Assembly: GCA_019058445.1 (NCBI GenBank)
Contig: JAHPZA010000006.1
Span: forward strand, 768,001 to 832,000
Reading direction: 5' to 3'
From: Promethearchaeota archaeon
GTDB lineage: Archaea > Asgardarchaeota > Lokiarchaeia > Sigyniarchaeales > SOKP01
DNA: 64,000 nucleotides
Position numbers and translations under genes: made by a program. Positions within the stretch are counted from its first letter, which is position 1; each line of letters starts with the position of its first letter. The notes under the pieces were generated by a model that saw only the letters and a program-made list of their open reading frames with translations, was not told the origin of the DNA and did not search any database. Of the stretch, positions 10,382 through 19,958 are shown one piece after another.

Positions 10382-10398
10382 ATATCGATTATCGATAT
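10382..10398. promoter_or_regulatory. Perfect inverted repeat ATATCGAT-T-ATCGATAT, putative PadR operator
   Basis: 8-1-8 palindrome between divergent padR and MFS genes. A degenerate copy (ATATCGAAATTCAATAA) lies at ~10216-10232 just upstream of padR. Confidence 0.6.
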
Positions 10399-10448
10399 TA
10401 TAAAAAAAAGAAGAAAGAAAATAAATCATACTTCTGAGTTGTTTAATT

Positions 10449-11684
10449 ATGGAGAAAGAAGAAAATAAAACTCAACCCAATCAACGGCTTATCTTCGGAG
10501 TATCTATTCCCGTTTTTATTATGGGATTAGTTTCACTTTTTACCGACATTTCGAGCGAAATGATTCAAAGTATTTTACCTCTCTTTATTCTATCCATCGG
10601 TGGCACAATTTTAATTTTGGGTATTATTTCTGGGGTGACTACAGCATTATCTAACATTTTAAAAGGAGTTACGGGATGGATGAGCGATAAAATAAATAAA
10701 AGAAAACCATTTGTAGTTGCAGGTTATACTATATCAAATCTATCGAAACCATTTATTGGCTTCAGTCCTTCTTGGGAATTTGTATTAGGCCTAAAAGCGA
10801 CAGATCGTATTGGTAAGGGATTAAGAACCTCCTCAAGAGATACGCTTATTTCCTACTATGCTGTAGAGAGAGGTAAGGCTTTCGGTTTACATAGATCCAT
10901 GGATACTTTAGGGGCGGTTATCGGATCTCTGTTAGCATTTCTACTATTATACTTTGCTTGGACATATTCCCAGATAATTTTCTTATCATTAATCCCTGGT
11001 ATTTGTGCAATCATTTTGATTTTAACTGTAAAAGATGTAGATCCTACAAAACTAGATGATACAAAGCTAAGATTCTATGGACATCCTAAAGTAGATAAAA
11101 TCGATAAAAATTTTGTGAAACTGATTATCATCCTTGGAGTTATTGAATTTGCAAGTTTAGATATCGCTTTTCTTATTATTCGCTCAACGGACTATATACC
11201 AGCAGAATCAATATTCCTAATCCCACTATTTTATCTCCTTACAAATATCGTTTATGTTATATTCTCCCCAATAAACGGTTCAATATCTGATAAAATAGGG
11301 AGAAAACCTGTAATTGTTTTAGGTTTATCACTTTTACTGATTTCTTGTATTATATTAGCTTTTCCGATTGAAATTTCTCTTAATTCATTGATTTTGATAA
11401 TTTTAGTTTATTTTCTGTTCGGTTTCTATTTAGCGGCAGTGGATCCGATCTCGAGGGCTTACATAGCTGATTTAGCAGGTAAAAATAAAAGAGGTAGAGC
11501 TTACGGATATTATTATTTATCAGTTGGCCTTATTTCACTTGCTGAGTCTATAATTTTTGCCTTAATCTATGAAATCTATTCATATACGTGGGCATTTATT
11601 TATATTTCAATTATGTTATTCATATGTATAATTGTATTTGTTATGACTGATTTCTCTAAAATAATCGAGAAAAAGGATATTTAA
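10449..11684 (+). CDS. MFS transporter
   Basis: About 12 TM helices; GWMSDKINKRK and GSISDKIGRK motif A; DRIGKGLRT; RGKAFGLHRSMDTLGAVIG. Confidence 0.92.
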   Translation: MEKEENKTQPNQRLIFGVSIPVFIMGLVSLFTDISSEMIQSILPLFILSIGGTILILGIISGVTTALSNILKGVTGWMSDKINKRKPFVVAGYTISNLSKPFIGFSPSWEFVLGLKATDRIGKGLRTSSRDTLISYYAVERGKAFGLHRSMDTLGAVIGSLLAFLLLYFAWTYSQIIFLSLIPGICAIILILTVKDVDPTKLDDTKLRFYGHPKVDKIDKNFVKLIIILGVIEFASLDIAFLIIRSTDYIPAESIFLIPLFYLLTNIVYVIFSPINGSISDKIGRKPVIVLGLSLLLISCIILAFPIEISLNSLILIILVYFLFGFYLAAVDPISRAYIADLAGKNKRGRAYGYYYLSVGLISLAESIIFALIYEIYSYTWAFIYISIMLFICIIVFVMTDFSKIIEKKDI

Positions 11685-11742
11685 CTTTTCTTTCTAATCT
11701 AAATTGTTCTCATTTCAATTTCTTTTTAAAACAGTATGAATT

Positions 11743-13464
11743 TTAAAATTGATTACTTAAGCTAACATTTCTATAATTTTTATTTGAACTATAAGCCCAT
11801 AATGCAGTTTCTATGCTTTTACTGTGAATCCATGTTTTAAGAAATTTTAAATATAGGGTTCTTCTAGAATAAAGCTTTTTTGAACAATTATTTAGAGTTT
11901 TGAGAAATTCTTCATTTTCTAATTTCTTAATTGAATAAGTTAACGATCCCATATCATATAGATCCCAATCTTGAGGAAAATTAGCATATATTAATCTATT
12001 GTTTTTTTGATAGTCATTGAACAATCTCGTACCCGGTAAAGGGGTTAATATCGTAGTTTGAATGATATCAATCCGGTTCTTTAAAATATAATTAACCTTT
12101 CTGAACATACTTTCCATAGTTTCTGAATCCGAACCAAAAATAAATGCTCCTAAAACAGCGATTTTATATTTATTAATTTTCTTAAAAGCCTGTTCGTATT
12201 CAAGTTGAAGATTTAATTTTTTATCCATCACCTTTAGCTCTTCAGGATCGGCCGATTCTAATCCTAAAAATACCATCTTGCATCCCGCTTTTCCTGCCCA
12301 TTTCAATACTTCTTCATTGCTGCCAAAATTAAGTGAAGCTTGACAGAACCAGGTCTTATTTAACTTTCTCTCAACCATTCCCTTAAAAAGATTGATTGCT
12401 CTTTCTTCTGCATTTTTACCATACCCAAGGATGTTATCATCAACAAAAAAGATATATCTTTGAGGAATTTGCTCTAATTCATCTAAAACCTCTTCATATG
12501 ACCGTTGTCTATATTTCCTGCCATTAAAAGCACTCACGGAACAAAAATAACAATCCATAGGACAACCTCTTGAAGTTTGGATTGTTCCAAATAAATATTG
12601 ATTACTAAATATCTCCCGATTTGGAACAATAGAGCTTTTGAGGTCTAGATGAACACCTTCATATTTGTTCTTCAAATCATTGTTTAAAAAATCCTTAATA
12701 ACCATGGGCCAAATACTTTCTGCCTCTCCAATTACAACACAATCTACATGTTTTAAAGCCTCATCAGGCCTCATTGATGCATGTATTCCTCCCATAATAA
12801 CTGGAATATTATTATTTCTATAATAAGAAGCAATTTCATATGCTCTGTTTGCCACTGAAGTAAAAGCTGTAATTCCTACCAAATCAGCATCTTCATACTC
12901 AAATTTTTCCATATTTTCATCGATTAATTTAATTTGAAATTCTTGGGGAGTTAATGCTGCTATTATGCCTAAACCTAAAGGTGGAAACCTTGAAGAAGGA
13001 TTAATTGTTAATCCCGATTTATCTTCATTTACAGGATTAATTAATACTAACTTTTTTTTACCTTTTAACAGTTCAAATTTCTTAGATAATAGCTCAATTT
13101 CGAATTCTTTTTTCAAATCTCGAATTAAAATGATTATAGCTAAAAAATAAATTACTAGGCTAACCATGTAAATGAATAAAAATTGAAATAAGGCAATAAA
13201 GCTACCCAAAAGAAAAACTAAACTCATTATAATTGTAGGTATAGAAAAAAATAAAATCGGGATAATATATGGTGTTTTATTATTAATTTTTAAAACTACA
13301 TCTTTATTGTTTATAGTTTCTTTAATCCCAAAAAAATATGGCATCGGATAGAAAAATAGAAAAGAGGGAATAATGATCCAAATGGAATCCAGCATATAGA
13401 ACAAAGTAATTACTATTGTAAAAGCAAGAAAGATGAATAATGGGATAAAATATTTCATTCTCAT
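11743..13464 (-). CDS. B12-binding radical SAM protein with N-terminal transmembrane domain
   Basis: PPLGLGIIAA, GGIHAS and VVIGEAE cobalamin-binding domain; TSRGCPMDCYFC (CxxxCxxC); FVDDN; about 4 N-terminal TM helices. Confidence 0.88.
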   Translation of the reverse strand: MRMKYFIPLFIFLAFTIVITLFYMLDSIWIIIPSFLFFYPMPYFFGIKETINNKDVVLKINNKTPYIIPILFFSIPTIIMSLVFLLGSFIALFQFLFIYMVSLVIYFLAIIILIRDLKKEFEIELLSKKFELLKGKKKLVLINPVNEDKSGLTINPSSRFPPLGLGIIAALTPQEFQIKLIDENMEKFEYEDADLVGITAFTSVANRAYEIASYYRNNNIPVIMGGIHASMRPDEALKHVDCVVIGEAESIWPMVIKDFLNNDLKNKYEGVHLDLKSSIVPNREIFSNQYLFGTIQTSRGCPMDCYFCSVSAFNGRKYRQRSYEEVLDELEQIPQRYIFFVDDNILGYGKNAEERAINLFKGMVERKLNKTWFCQASLNFGSNEEVLKWAGKAGCKMVFLGLESADPEELKVMDKKLNLQLEYEQAFKKINKYKIAVLGAFIFGSDSETMESMFRKVNYILKNRIDIIQTTILTPLPGTRLFNDYQKNNRLIYANFPQDWDLYDMGSLTYSIKKLENEEFLKTLNNCSKKLYSRRTLYLKFLKTWIHSKSIETALWAYSSNKNYRNVSLSNQF

Positions 13465-13581
13465 TTTTTAAAACCTCTCATATAGTTAAAAGATATTTCG
13501 GAAGAATATATGAATATTTAATAGTCCATAATTTAATGAATGATTTATAGGGATATAAAGGTAAAATATATTATGTCAATT

Positions 13582-14841
13582 TTATTCATTTGTCCATTGT
13601 TCTGCCAAATAAATTATGACTTCTGCGGCCTTCTGTAAGGCTAATGTCGGAATATATTCTTTTCTTGAGTGAAATAGCAAGCCTCCAGCAAATATATTTG
13701 GTGTTGGTATTCCCTTCTCACTTAATTTAGTCCCATCTGTGCCCCCTCGTATTGAATGAATTTTGACTTCTAAACCTGCTAAATCAATAGCTTTTTTAGC
13801 TAATTTAATAGCCTTTTCCTCCTTTTCCAGAAAGGTTAACATGTTATGATATTGATGTAGAAAATTTAATTCGATTTTTAATCCAGGATAGCGAAGTTCG
13901 TATAGAGTTTTTAAAGTTTCCAAATATTTCATGCGGTTTTGATTATTTTTCAAATCAAAATCTCTAAGTATTAAAGTTGCAGTGGCCTTCTCCTCATTGC
14001 CCTCTAAATTCATCAAATGATAAAATCCTACCCTTTCTTCTGTATGTTCTGGTGATTCTGCTTCAGGTAATTCACTTAAAAATCGACTGGCTATATGGAT
14101 TGCATTTATCATCAAGTTTTTAGCATATCCCGGATGAACATTAAGCCCTTTAAATTTAATGGAAGCCCCCCACGCATCAAAACATTCAATTTCTAATTGC
14201 CCCATTTCAGAACCATCCAAAGTATAGCAATTCTTAGGCAAAAGATTCTTTTTAATTTTTCTTGTACCCCGCCCAATTTCCTCATCAGGCGTGAAGCAAA
14301 TTGTTATCGGCCCATGATTTAATTCGGGAAATTTTTTCCATGCAGCACTGGCAGCCATAATTTCGGCAATTCCAGCTTTATTATCTGCACCTAATAAAGT
14401 ATCTCCTTGGGATGTTATTATATCTAAACCAATATATTCACTTAATTGTGGTGAATCTGCAATATTTAAGCTAAGTTCTTCATTTTGGGAGAAAAGTATT
14501 TCACTCCCATCATAATTTTCATGAATGACAGGTTTCACATCTTTTCCACTTACCGCTTGAGAGGTATCTAAATGAGCAATTAATCCAATTGGTTTGACCT
14601 TTTCAAAACCCTCGCTTGGAGGTAAATTCGCATAAACATAACCAAATTTATCATGTAAAATATCTTCTAACTCTAAATCTTTTAATTCCTTGCTCAATAA
14701 TTTTCCTAATTCCAATTGATTTTCTGTGGATGGAAATGAAGCAGATTTTATATCGGAAGTTGTCCAAATTTTTACATATCTTAAAAAACGTTCCATCGCA
14801 TCTTGTAATAAAAATTTTTGAATTTCTTTAGATATCTTCAT
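13582..14841 (-). CDS. pepT: Peptidase T (tripeptide aminopeptidase, M20B)
   Basis: RFLRYVKI, AHLDT, LLGADNKAGIAEI, FTPDEEIGRG, VHPGYAK, IRGGTDG, PTPNIFAGG..FHS motifs. Confidence 0.95.
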   Translation of the reverse strand: MKISKEIQKFLLQDAMERFLRYVKIWTTSDIKSASFPSTENQLELGKLLSKELKDLELEDILHDKFGYVYANLPPSEGFEKVKPIGLIAHLDTSQAVSGKDVKPVIHENYDGSEILFSQNEELSLNIADSPQLSEYIGLDIITSQGDTLLGADNKAGIAEIMAASAAWKKFPELNHGPITICFTPDEEIGRGTRKIKKNLLPKNCYTLDGSEMGQLEIECFDAWGASIKFKGLNVHPGYAKNLMINAIHIASRFLSELPEAESPEHTEERVGFYHLMNLEGNEEKATATLILRDFDLKNNQNRMKYLETLKTLYELRYPGLKIELNFLHQYHNMLTFLEKEEKAIKLAKKAIDLAGLEVKIHSIRGGTDGTKLSEKGIPTPNIFAGGLLFHSRKEYIPTLALQKAAEVIIYLAEQWTNE

Positions 14842-15025
14842 TTTTAACTCTTAATTATTATGTATTTTAAACTAAAAACAACTATATTTAAGAATAACTT
14901 ATGAAAAAAGTATAAAATTTTTTGGGTATTTTCAATAATTAAGAACAAATTAGCTATTATTTATATATTCCAATTTAAATATTACATGTATAGAATTTCT
15001 CTTTAAAAAATTGTTGATTTTAATT

Positions 15026-15757
15026 ATGGTAGAATTAACACCTATAGAAATACTAAATGGCTCAATGTCTATCGTTATGGTCACTATCATTATAATCGTA
15101 GGTATAGCTTTGATCTCGAAATATTTTAAATACAAAAGTAGACCTCTTCTATTTATGGGCATTAGTCTGATATTACTCATATCAGTATGGTTTACGCATG
15201 GATTAGCACTTATTTTAATACTTACAACTGGAAATGGACTATCTCCAGAAATATTTTTCATATGTGAGTATACTCTGATTCCGTGGGCTACATTGGCTTG
15301 GATGGTTGTAATTACTGAACTTATGTACAAGGATAAGCAGAAATTGATTTTATCAATATATGCCATCTTTGGAGTTGTATATACCGTGATTTTTTATTAT
15401 CTCTTGTTTACGAATATTGCATTAATAGGGGAACTAGAAAGTCCAATTGATCCGCATAATGGACCTTTTATGACGGGTTATCTTCTCATTATATTAATTA
15501 ATGTATTTATAACCGGACTTTTATTTTTCCGCGATAGTCGTAAAAGTCAAGATTCGGAAATCCGATTAAAAGGACTTTTATTCTTCTTATCAAGTACATC
15601 ATTAGTGATAGCCTCGATTTTAGATACTTTCCCTTTGAACATCATACTTATAATCGTAGTAAGAGGACTTCTTGTTTTAGCTTCTATAGAAGTATATGGT
15701 GCCTTTTTACTTCCTAATTGGATGAAAAAACTCTTTTTGAAGCAAGAATCTTCTTGA
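15026..15757 (+). CDS. Multi-pass (about 7 TM) membrane protein of unknown function
   Basis: Seven hydrophobic segments; ends in LPNWMKKLF. ATG at 15026 preferred over TTG at 15011. Confidence 0.75.
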   Translation: MVELTPIEILNGSMSIVMVTIIIIVGIALISKYFKYKSRPLLFMGISLILLISVWFTHGLALILILTTGNGLSPEIFFICEYTLIPWATLAWMVVITELMYKDKQKLILSIYAIFGVVYTVIFYYLLFTNIALIGELESPIDPHNGPFMTGYLLIILINVFITGLLFFRDSRKSQDSEIRLKGLLFFLSSTSLVIASILDTFPLNIILIIVVRGLLVLASIEVYGAFLLPNWMKKLFLKQESS

Positions 15758-15765
15758 TTTTCAGG

Positions 15766-15784
15766 AGTTTTTCTTTTTTTTTTT
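15766..15784 (+). terminator. Oligo-T tract, putative archaeal intrinsic terminator
   Basis: Long T run just after the 15757 stop, between convergent genes. Confidence 0.4.
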
Positions 15785-15805
15785 AATTCCTATTATTTAA
15801 AATAA

Positions 15806-16654
15806 TTAATATCCAAGAAAATTGGATGTTTTAGAACTCATAGCAAGCTTTATATTAAAATAATTATGAATAACCTCAAATAAGAAATCTATATATTGTG
15901 GTTGAATTTTTATATCTTTAGTCTCATTAAAATAATCTATAATCTTCTTAGTTGTCAGCTCTTCATTCTTTTCTAAGTTTTCATTAAATAAAATAATTTC
16001 TTGGGTTAATGTAAATACTTTTTGAATTTCATTTCTTAATAAAATTAAACTAGATTTTGTATCTTGTTCAGCTAAAAACATTTGTACAATTGTCCTTTCT
16101 ATGTTTATCTTTTTAGGTTTCATGATATCATTCTTATCGTTAATAACTGCATTATCATCAATTATGACGCAATTTTTATACTTTTTCTTATCTTTTTTGT
16201 AGTTTTCTCTTGTTTCCAAAGCTATATTGAGTTCAAACGAGTTTTGAAAGATAAATTTGAAAAAATTACTTAAATGGCTATGTAGAGATTCCATGTTATT
16301 TAGAATCAAGATATCTTTTTTATAAAAAACACCACGGAGAATAAATGTTAGCCAGAGAGCATTAATATTGAGAGTGATCAAATACACATCAATAAGATCA
16401 AGACTGGGAATTTCTGCTTCTACTAAATTATGTTCTAACTCAATTTTAGGAGTTTCAATTTTAAAATCGGTAATAAAACTATCTCTTACTTTCAAATTTT
16501 TATCTATGTAAGCTACAAAAGAATGTGGGCAAATTAAATTTTCAGAGACATTGATTGCTGAAATGCCTCTATCACTCTTAAGGATGAGATTCTCTTCTAC
16601 CTCAATTGTTCCTTTTTTAGTACAAAGAGGACACAAAATTTCAATTTCTACCAT
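15806..16654 (-). CDS. Hypothetical protein with N-terminal Zn-binding motif (CPxC...CxH)
   Basis: CPLC...ICPHSFVAYIDKN motif; resembles, from recollection, an expanded Lokiarchaeia-type family. Confidence 0.7.
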   Translation of the reverse strand: MVEIEILCPLCTKKGTIEVEENLILKSDRGISAINVSENLICPHSFVAYIDKNLKVRDSFITDFKIETPKIELEHNLVEAEIPSLDLIDVYLITLNINALWLTFILRGVFYKKDILILNNMESLHSHLSNFFKFIFQNSFELNIALETRENYKKDKKKYKNCVIIDDNAVINDKNDIMKPKKINIERTIVQMFLAEQDTKSSLILLRNEIQKVFTLTQEIILFNENLEKNEELTTKKIIDYFNETKDIKIQPQYIDFLFEVIHNYFNIKLAMSSKTSNFLGY

Positions 16655-16817
16655 GATCTTTTCAAAATTTATGATATTTCTATATTATTTATATCCTTTA
16701 ACCCCGATATAAATGTATTGTGTTTATTTAACTTACTTTTGTGTACTAAAACATATTTTTTTTATTTAGATTTTACTGTTTTATAGGATAAAAGTGAAAA
16801 AATTAGCAAATTTTTAT

Positions 16818-18110
16818 TTATTTAATTTCCTTTAAATCTATACCCTTAGTTTCTACTAAGAATTTATAAATTAGTGGTATATTTACTAATAGAAGCAACG
16901 AAAATATTAGAAAAGCTACTTCTAATGAATAAAAATATGTAATTATACCTGTTATTATTAATCCCGTGGTACCTCCTATTGCGCCAATAACAATTTTAAA
17001 TCCTGTTCCTGTTCCTCTTGCATCAGTAGGGACTAATTCTATGGTAGTTATACTAGTCAGTACCCAGAGCCCCCAGAATGCAATATTCATCATGCTTGTC
17101 CCTATACAAGCCAAAAGTAATGCCGATCCAGGAATTTGGATCCCATTTATTAAGATCATAGCACCTATGAAAAATATTGAACAATAAATATATAATAGTG
17201 GTTTTCTTCCAATTTTATCTGCAAATATGCCAGTAAGAATATATCCAAGAATAACTGCTAAGCTCATTACGGTCACAACTATATTGACGTCGCCTTCATT
17301 CAAATTTGGGCTCTGTGATATAAAGAGTTCTCCTAATGTGATATAAATATAATTCATTGACCAAATAAATGCTAATATCATTAATGAGATATATGCCATT
17401 CGACGTTCAGATTTAAAAATAATATGAAGATTTTTTTTCAGTTGATTAGCCCTTTCTTTTGTGGAAGGTCTATTTGCTTTGGCTTCTTGAAATGTTGACG
17501 TTTCTTTAATTGTTAAAATCACTATTATCCCTAAGGGAATTCCTAATGCAATTGAAAAATATGTCATACCTCGCCAGGCACCCTTAGGGGCACCCTCATA
17601 TATATAAATCGAACGAAATACGGGCATTAATACAGCACCGATTATACCGCCAATTAAGACAATATTTGTCCAAAAAGCTTTTTTCTCAGGAGGTGATTCT
17701 TCGTTAATATATATCAACCAAATATCCGAAGCGGCAAAAATCCCAAGTAAAAATCGATAAATAGTATATTCGACAATATTCCTCGAAAACAGAATTCCTA
17801 CTGAAGAAAGAGCCAAACCAAAAATAGTCATAACTAATAAATGCTTTCTTCCAATTTTATCTGATGAATACCAAACAAGAAAAGCTACATAAGACCCTAA
17901 AGAAGCAATTGCCACTGAAAACGCAAAAATGGAGTTTGCAACATTTTGAGGATAGTCTGACAAGAATTCTTCAACGACTTTAGAAGGAATCACCGCATTA
18001 TAAAAGCCTGTATAAGTATCGAGAATTTGGACAAGAATCATAATGAATATCATATATTTGAAATAGCCTTCAGATCTTACAGTTGAGTTTTCATTATTTA
18101 AATCAGCCAT
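16818..18110 (-). CDS. MFS transporter (paralogue of 58983..60275)
   Basis: SDKIGRK and ADKIGRK motifs, EESPPEKKA, ELVPTDARGTGTG, 12 TM helices. Confidence 0.9.
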   Translation of the reverse strand: MADLNNENSTVRSEGYFKYMIFIMILVQILDTYTGFYNAVIPSKVVEEFLSDYPQNVANSIFAFSVAIASLGSYVAFLVWYSSDKIGRKHLLVMTIFGLALSSVGILFSRNIVEYTIYRFLLGIFAASDIWLIYINEESPPEKKAFWTNIVLIGGIIGAVLMPVFRSIYIYEGAPKGAWRGMTYFSIALGIPLGIIVILTIKETSTFQEAKANRPSTKERANQLKKNLHIIFKSERRMAYISLMILAFIWSMNYIYITLGELFISQSPNLNEGDVNIVVTVMSLAVILGYILTGIFADKIGRKPLLYIYCSIFFIGAMILINGIQIPGSALLLACIGTSMMNIAFWGLWVLTSITTIELVPTDARGTGTGFKIVIGAIGGTTGLIITGIITYFYSLEVAFLIFSLLLLVNIPLIYKFLVETKGIDLKEIK

Positions 18111-18210
18111 GATTACAACTTTGTCATAAAGCTATATATATCTTCAAGAAATTAGAGTAAAAATCGAGTATGTAAAAATGATATTGAATAATTAAGAGAG
18201 TTTAGATCGC

Positions 18211-19740
18211 TTAATTACCATCTTTTATTATATGTGTAGTGATATCATCTTCATAGCTATACATATGAAATTTATGGGGGCTTAATAGAAAATTCGGATC
18301 AACAGTTTTTTTTATATTTTTGAAAAATTGGCTAAATTCAGGAGTGTATGCGTCAGCTTCGACTATTGATTGTGAAATAGATTCTCCTAACCAATAGTGT
18401 ACCGCACCATATTTCACTTGGTACCTTAATTTTTTATGCCAAATATCCATGGCAATTTGGCGTTGATCCTCAACATTTTCAGCATTAAAACCACCCGCTG
18501 CTACACAGTTTCCATTTGGTAAAAGATGCAAAGATCGCGCGAACAATGAAAAGCTCTGATGTGGAAATTCGCTTTTATGTTCGTTATCAAATTGAATGCT
18601 GGATTGTTCTTTTTCTGATATGGCAGAAATTGGAATTTTATGACAGGTAACGCATGAAATTTTAGGAGGGGCTAAAGAAATGAATTTATTAAAGTAAGTG
18701 TACGAGAATTTTAGATTGTAATCCCAATCCTTAGATAATTCTTCATCTAAATCAATTTCTTGCCATTCAAAAGGTCTAGAGTCATTTTTTAATATCTCAT
18801 CTACTTTTTCAAGATACACATCCATAATTCTCTCGTCAAAAGCTTCAAGAAATATTGAAAAAACGGGTCCCCTCAATCTAGCTTTTTTCGGAGGACGATT
18901 TTTTGCTAACGTGGACAATAGTCGCACTACTGCGAGAGGCACTACATAAAGATCTTGTAGGCCATCACTCACTTCCTTTCGCAATTTATGCATTAATTTA
19001 AAAACGGTGTTATAGTCGTCTTTTTGGAGCATATAGTTCCTAAAGATTCTTATAGGCGCATTGGGAAATAATCTTAAGAACGCTTTAGTTTTAATTCCTA
19101 GTGTTCCTACATCTCCCATAAATAATCCCGTAAAATCAGGTGCAACGCCATATCGACAGAAAGGGGTAGCATATTTATTTGCCGCAGAACCTGTTCTAAT
19201 AATCGTACCCTGTGGATTGGGAAGCACAACCTCAACACCTAAGCATATGTCTGGGACCAAACCATACTTAGTTGACCCAAATCCTGCGGTGCTATTTGAA
19301 AGACCACCTCCTATGGTTGCCGAATATCCACTTCCCGGTCCTATAATTCCAGTAGTTAGACCTTTTGCCTGTAATTCAGAAAGCAATGTTCCCCAAGTAA
19401 CACCACATTCAATCTCGCAATAAAAGTCAGACTCATTAATCTCTATAATTTTATTCATTCTCGTAAGGTCAATGAGGATCCCTCCCTCCGAAACAGATCC
19501 TCCAACTAGATCTGCTCCTCCTCCACGAGGAACCATGTGTATTTTATATTTGTTCGCAATTTTTACAATCTCCGATACTTCTTGTGTTGTTTCAGGCAAA
19601 ATAATAACATCTGCCCATCTATCTGGAAATGCGGGATCCACATTTCGTGAATATGCTGCTTTCATAAAATCCTTATCAGTAATATATTTAGATCCTACAA
19701 TGCTTTCCATTTCTTTATAGGCATTCTTAACTTTTGACAT
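18211..19740 (-). CDS. FAD-binding oxidoreductase, VAO/PCMH (GlcD/D-2-hydroxyacid dehydrogenase-like) family, paralogue 1
   Basis: PRGGGADLVGG, IDLTRMNKI, ATIGGGLS, GLEV-like GVEVVLP, GTLGIKT, C-terminal VDPNFLLSP. Confidence 0.88.
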   Translation of the reverse strand: MSKVKNAYKEMESIVGSKYITDKDFMKAAYSRNVDPAFPDRWADVIILPETTQEVSEIVKIANKYKIHMVPRGGGADLVGGSVSEGGILIDLTRMNKIIEINESDFYCEIECGVTWGTLLSELQAKGLTTGIIGPGSGYSATIGGGLSNSTAGFGSTKYGLVPDICLGVEVVLPNPQGTIIRTGSAANKYATPFCRYGVAPDFTGLFMGDVGTLGIKTKAFLRLFPNAPIRIFRNYMLQKDDYNTVFKLMHKLRKEVSDGLQDLYVVPLAVVRLLSTLAKNRPPKKARLRGPVFSIFLEAFDERIMDVYLEKVDEILKNDSRPFEWQEIDLDEELSKDWDYNLKFSYTYFNKFISLAPPKISCVTCHKIPISAISEKEQSSIQFDNEHKSEFPHQSFSLFARSLHLLPNGNCVAAGGFNAENVEDQRQIAMDIWHKKLRYQVKYGAVHYWLGESISQSIVEADAYTPEFSQFFKNIKKTVDPNFLLSPHKFHMYSYEDDITTHIIKDGN

Positions 19741-19958
19741 GCATTCCCCTTGATTTTAAAGAATAATTATATTAAAATAGGTAATGAGAAATAATATAAA
19801 TTATTTTCACGTAAAATTTTAAACCTTTTTGAGGAGTATCAATAATAAAATCTTTATTAGTAACAAATTTAGATCCAATAATGTCCTCAATTTCTTATTA
19901 AGCCTTTTTTGTTTTTACCATAAATCTCATGTAAATTTTAATTTCAACGTTATTCTTT

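Noticed and set aside
11743-13464. Radical SAM protein as the activase of the glycyl radical enzyme
   Set aside because: It has a B12-binding class B architecture, not the GRE-activase pattern (HDGPG.R..VF.KGC).
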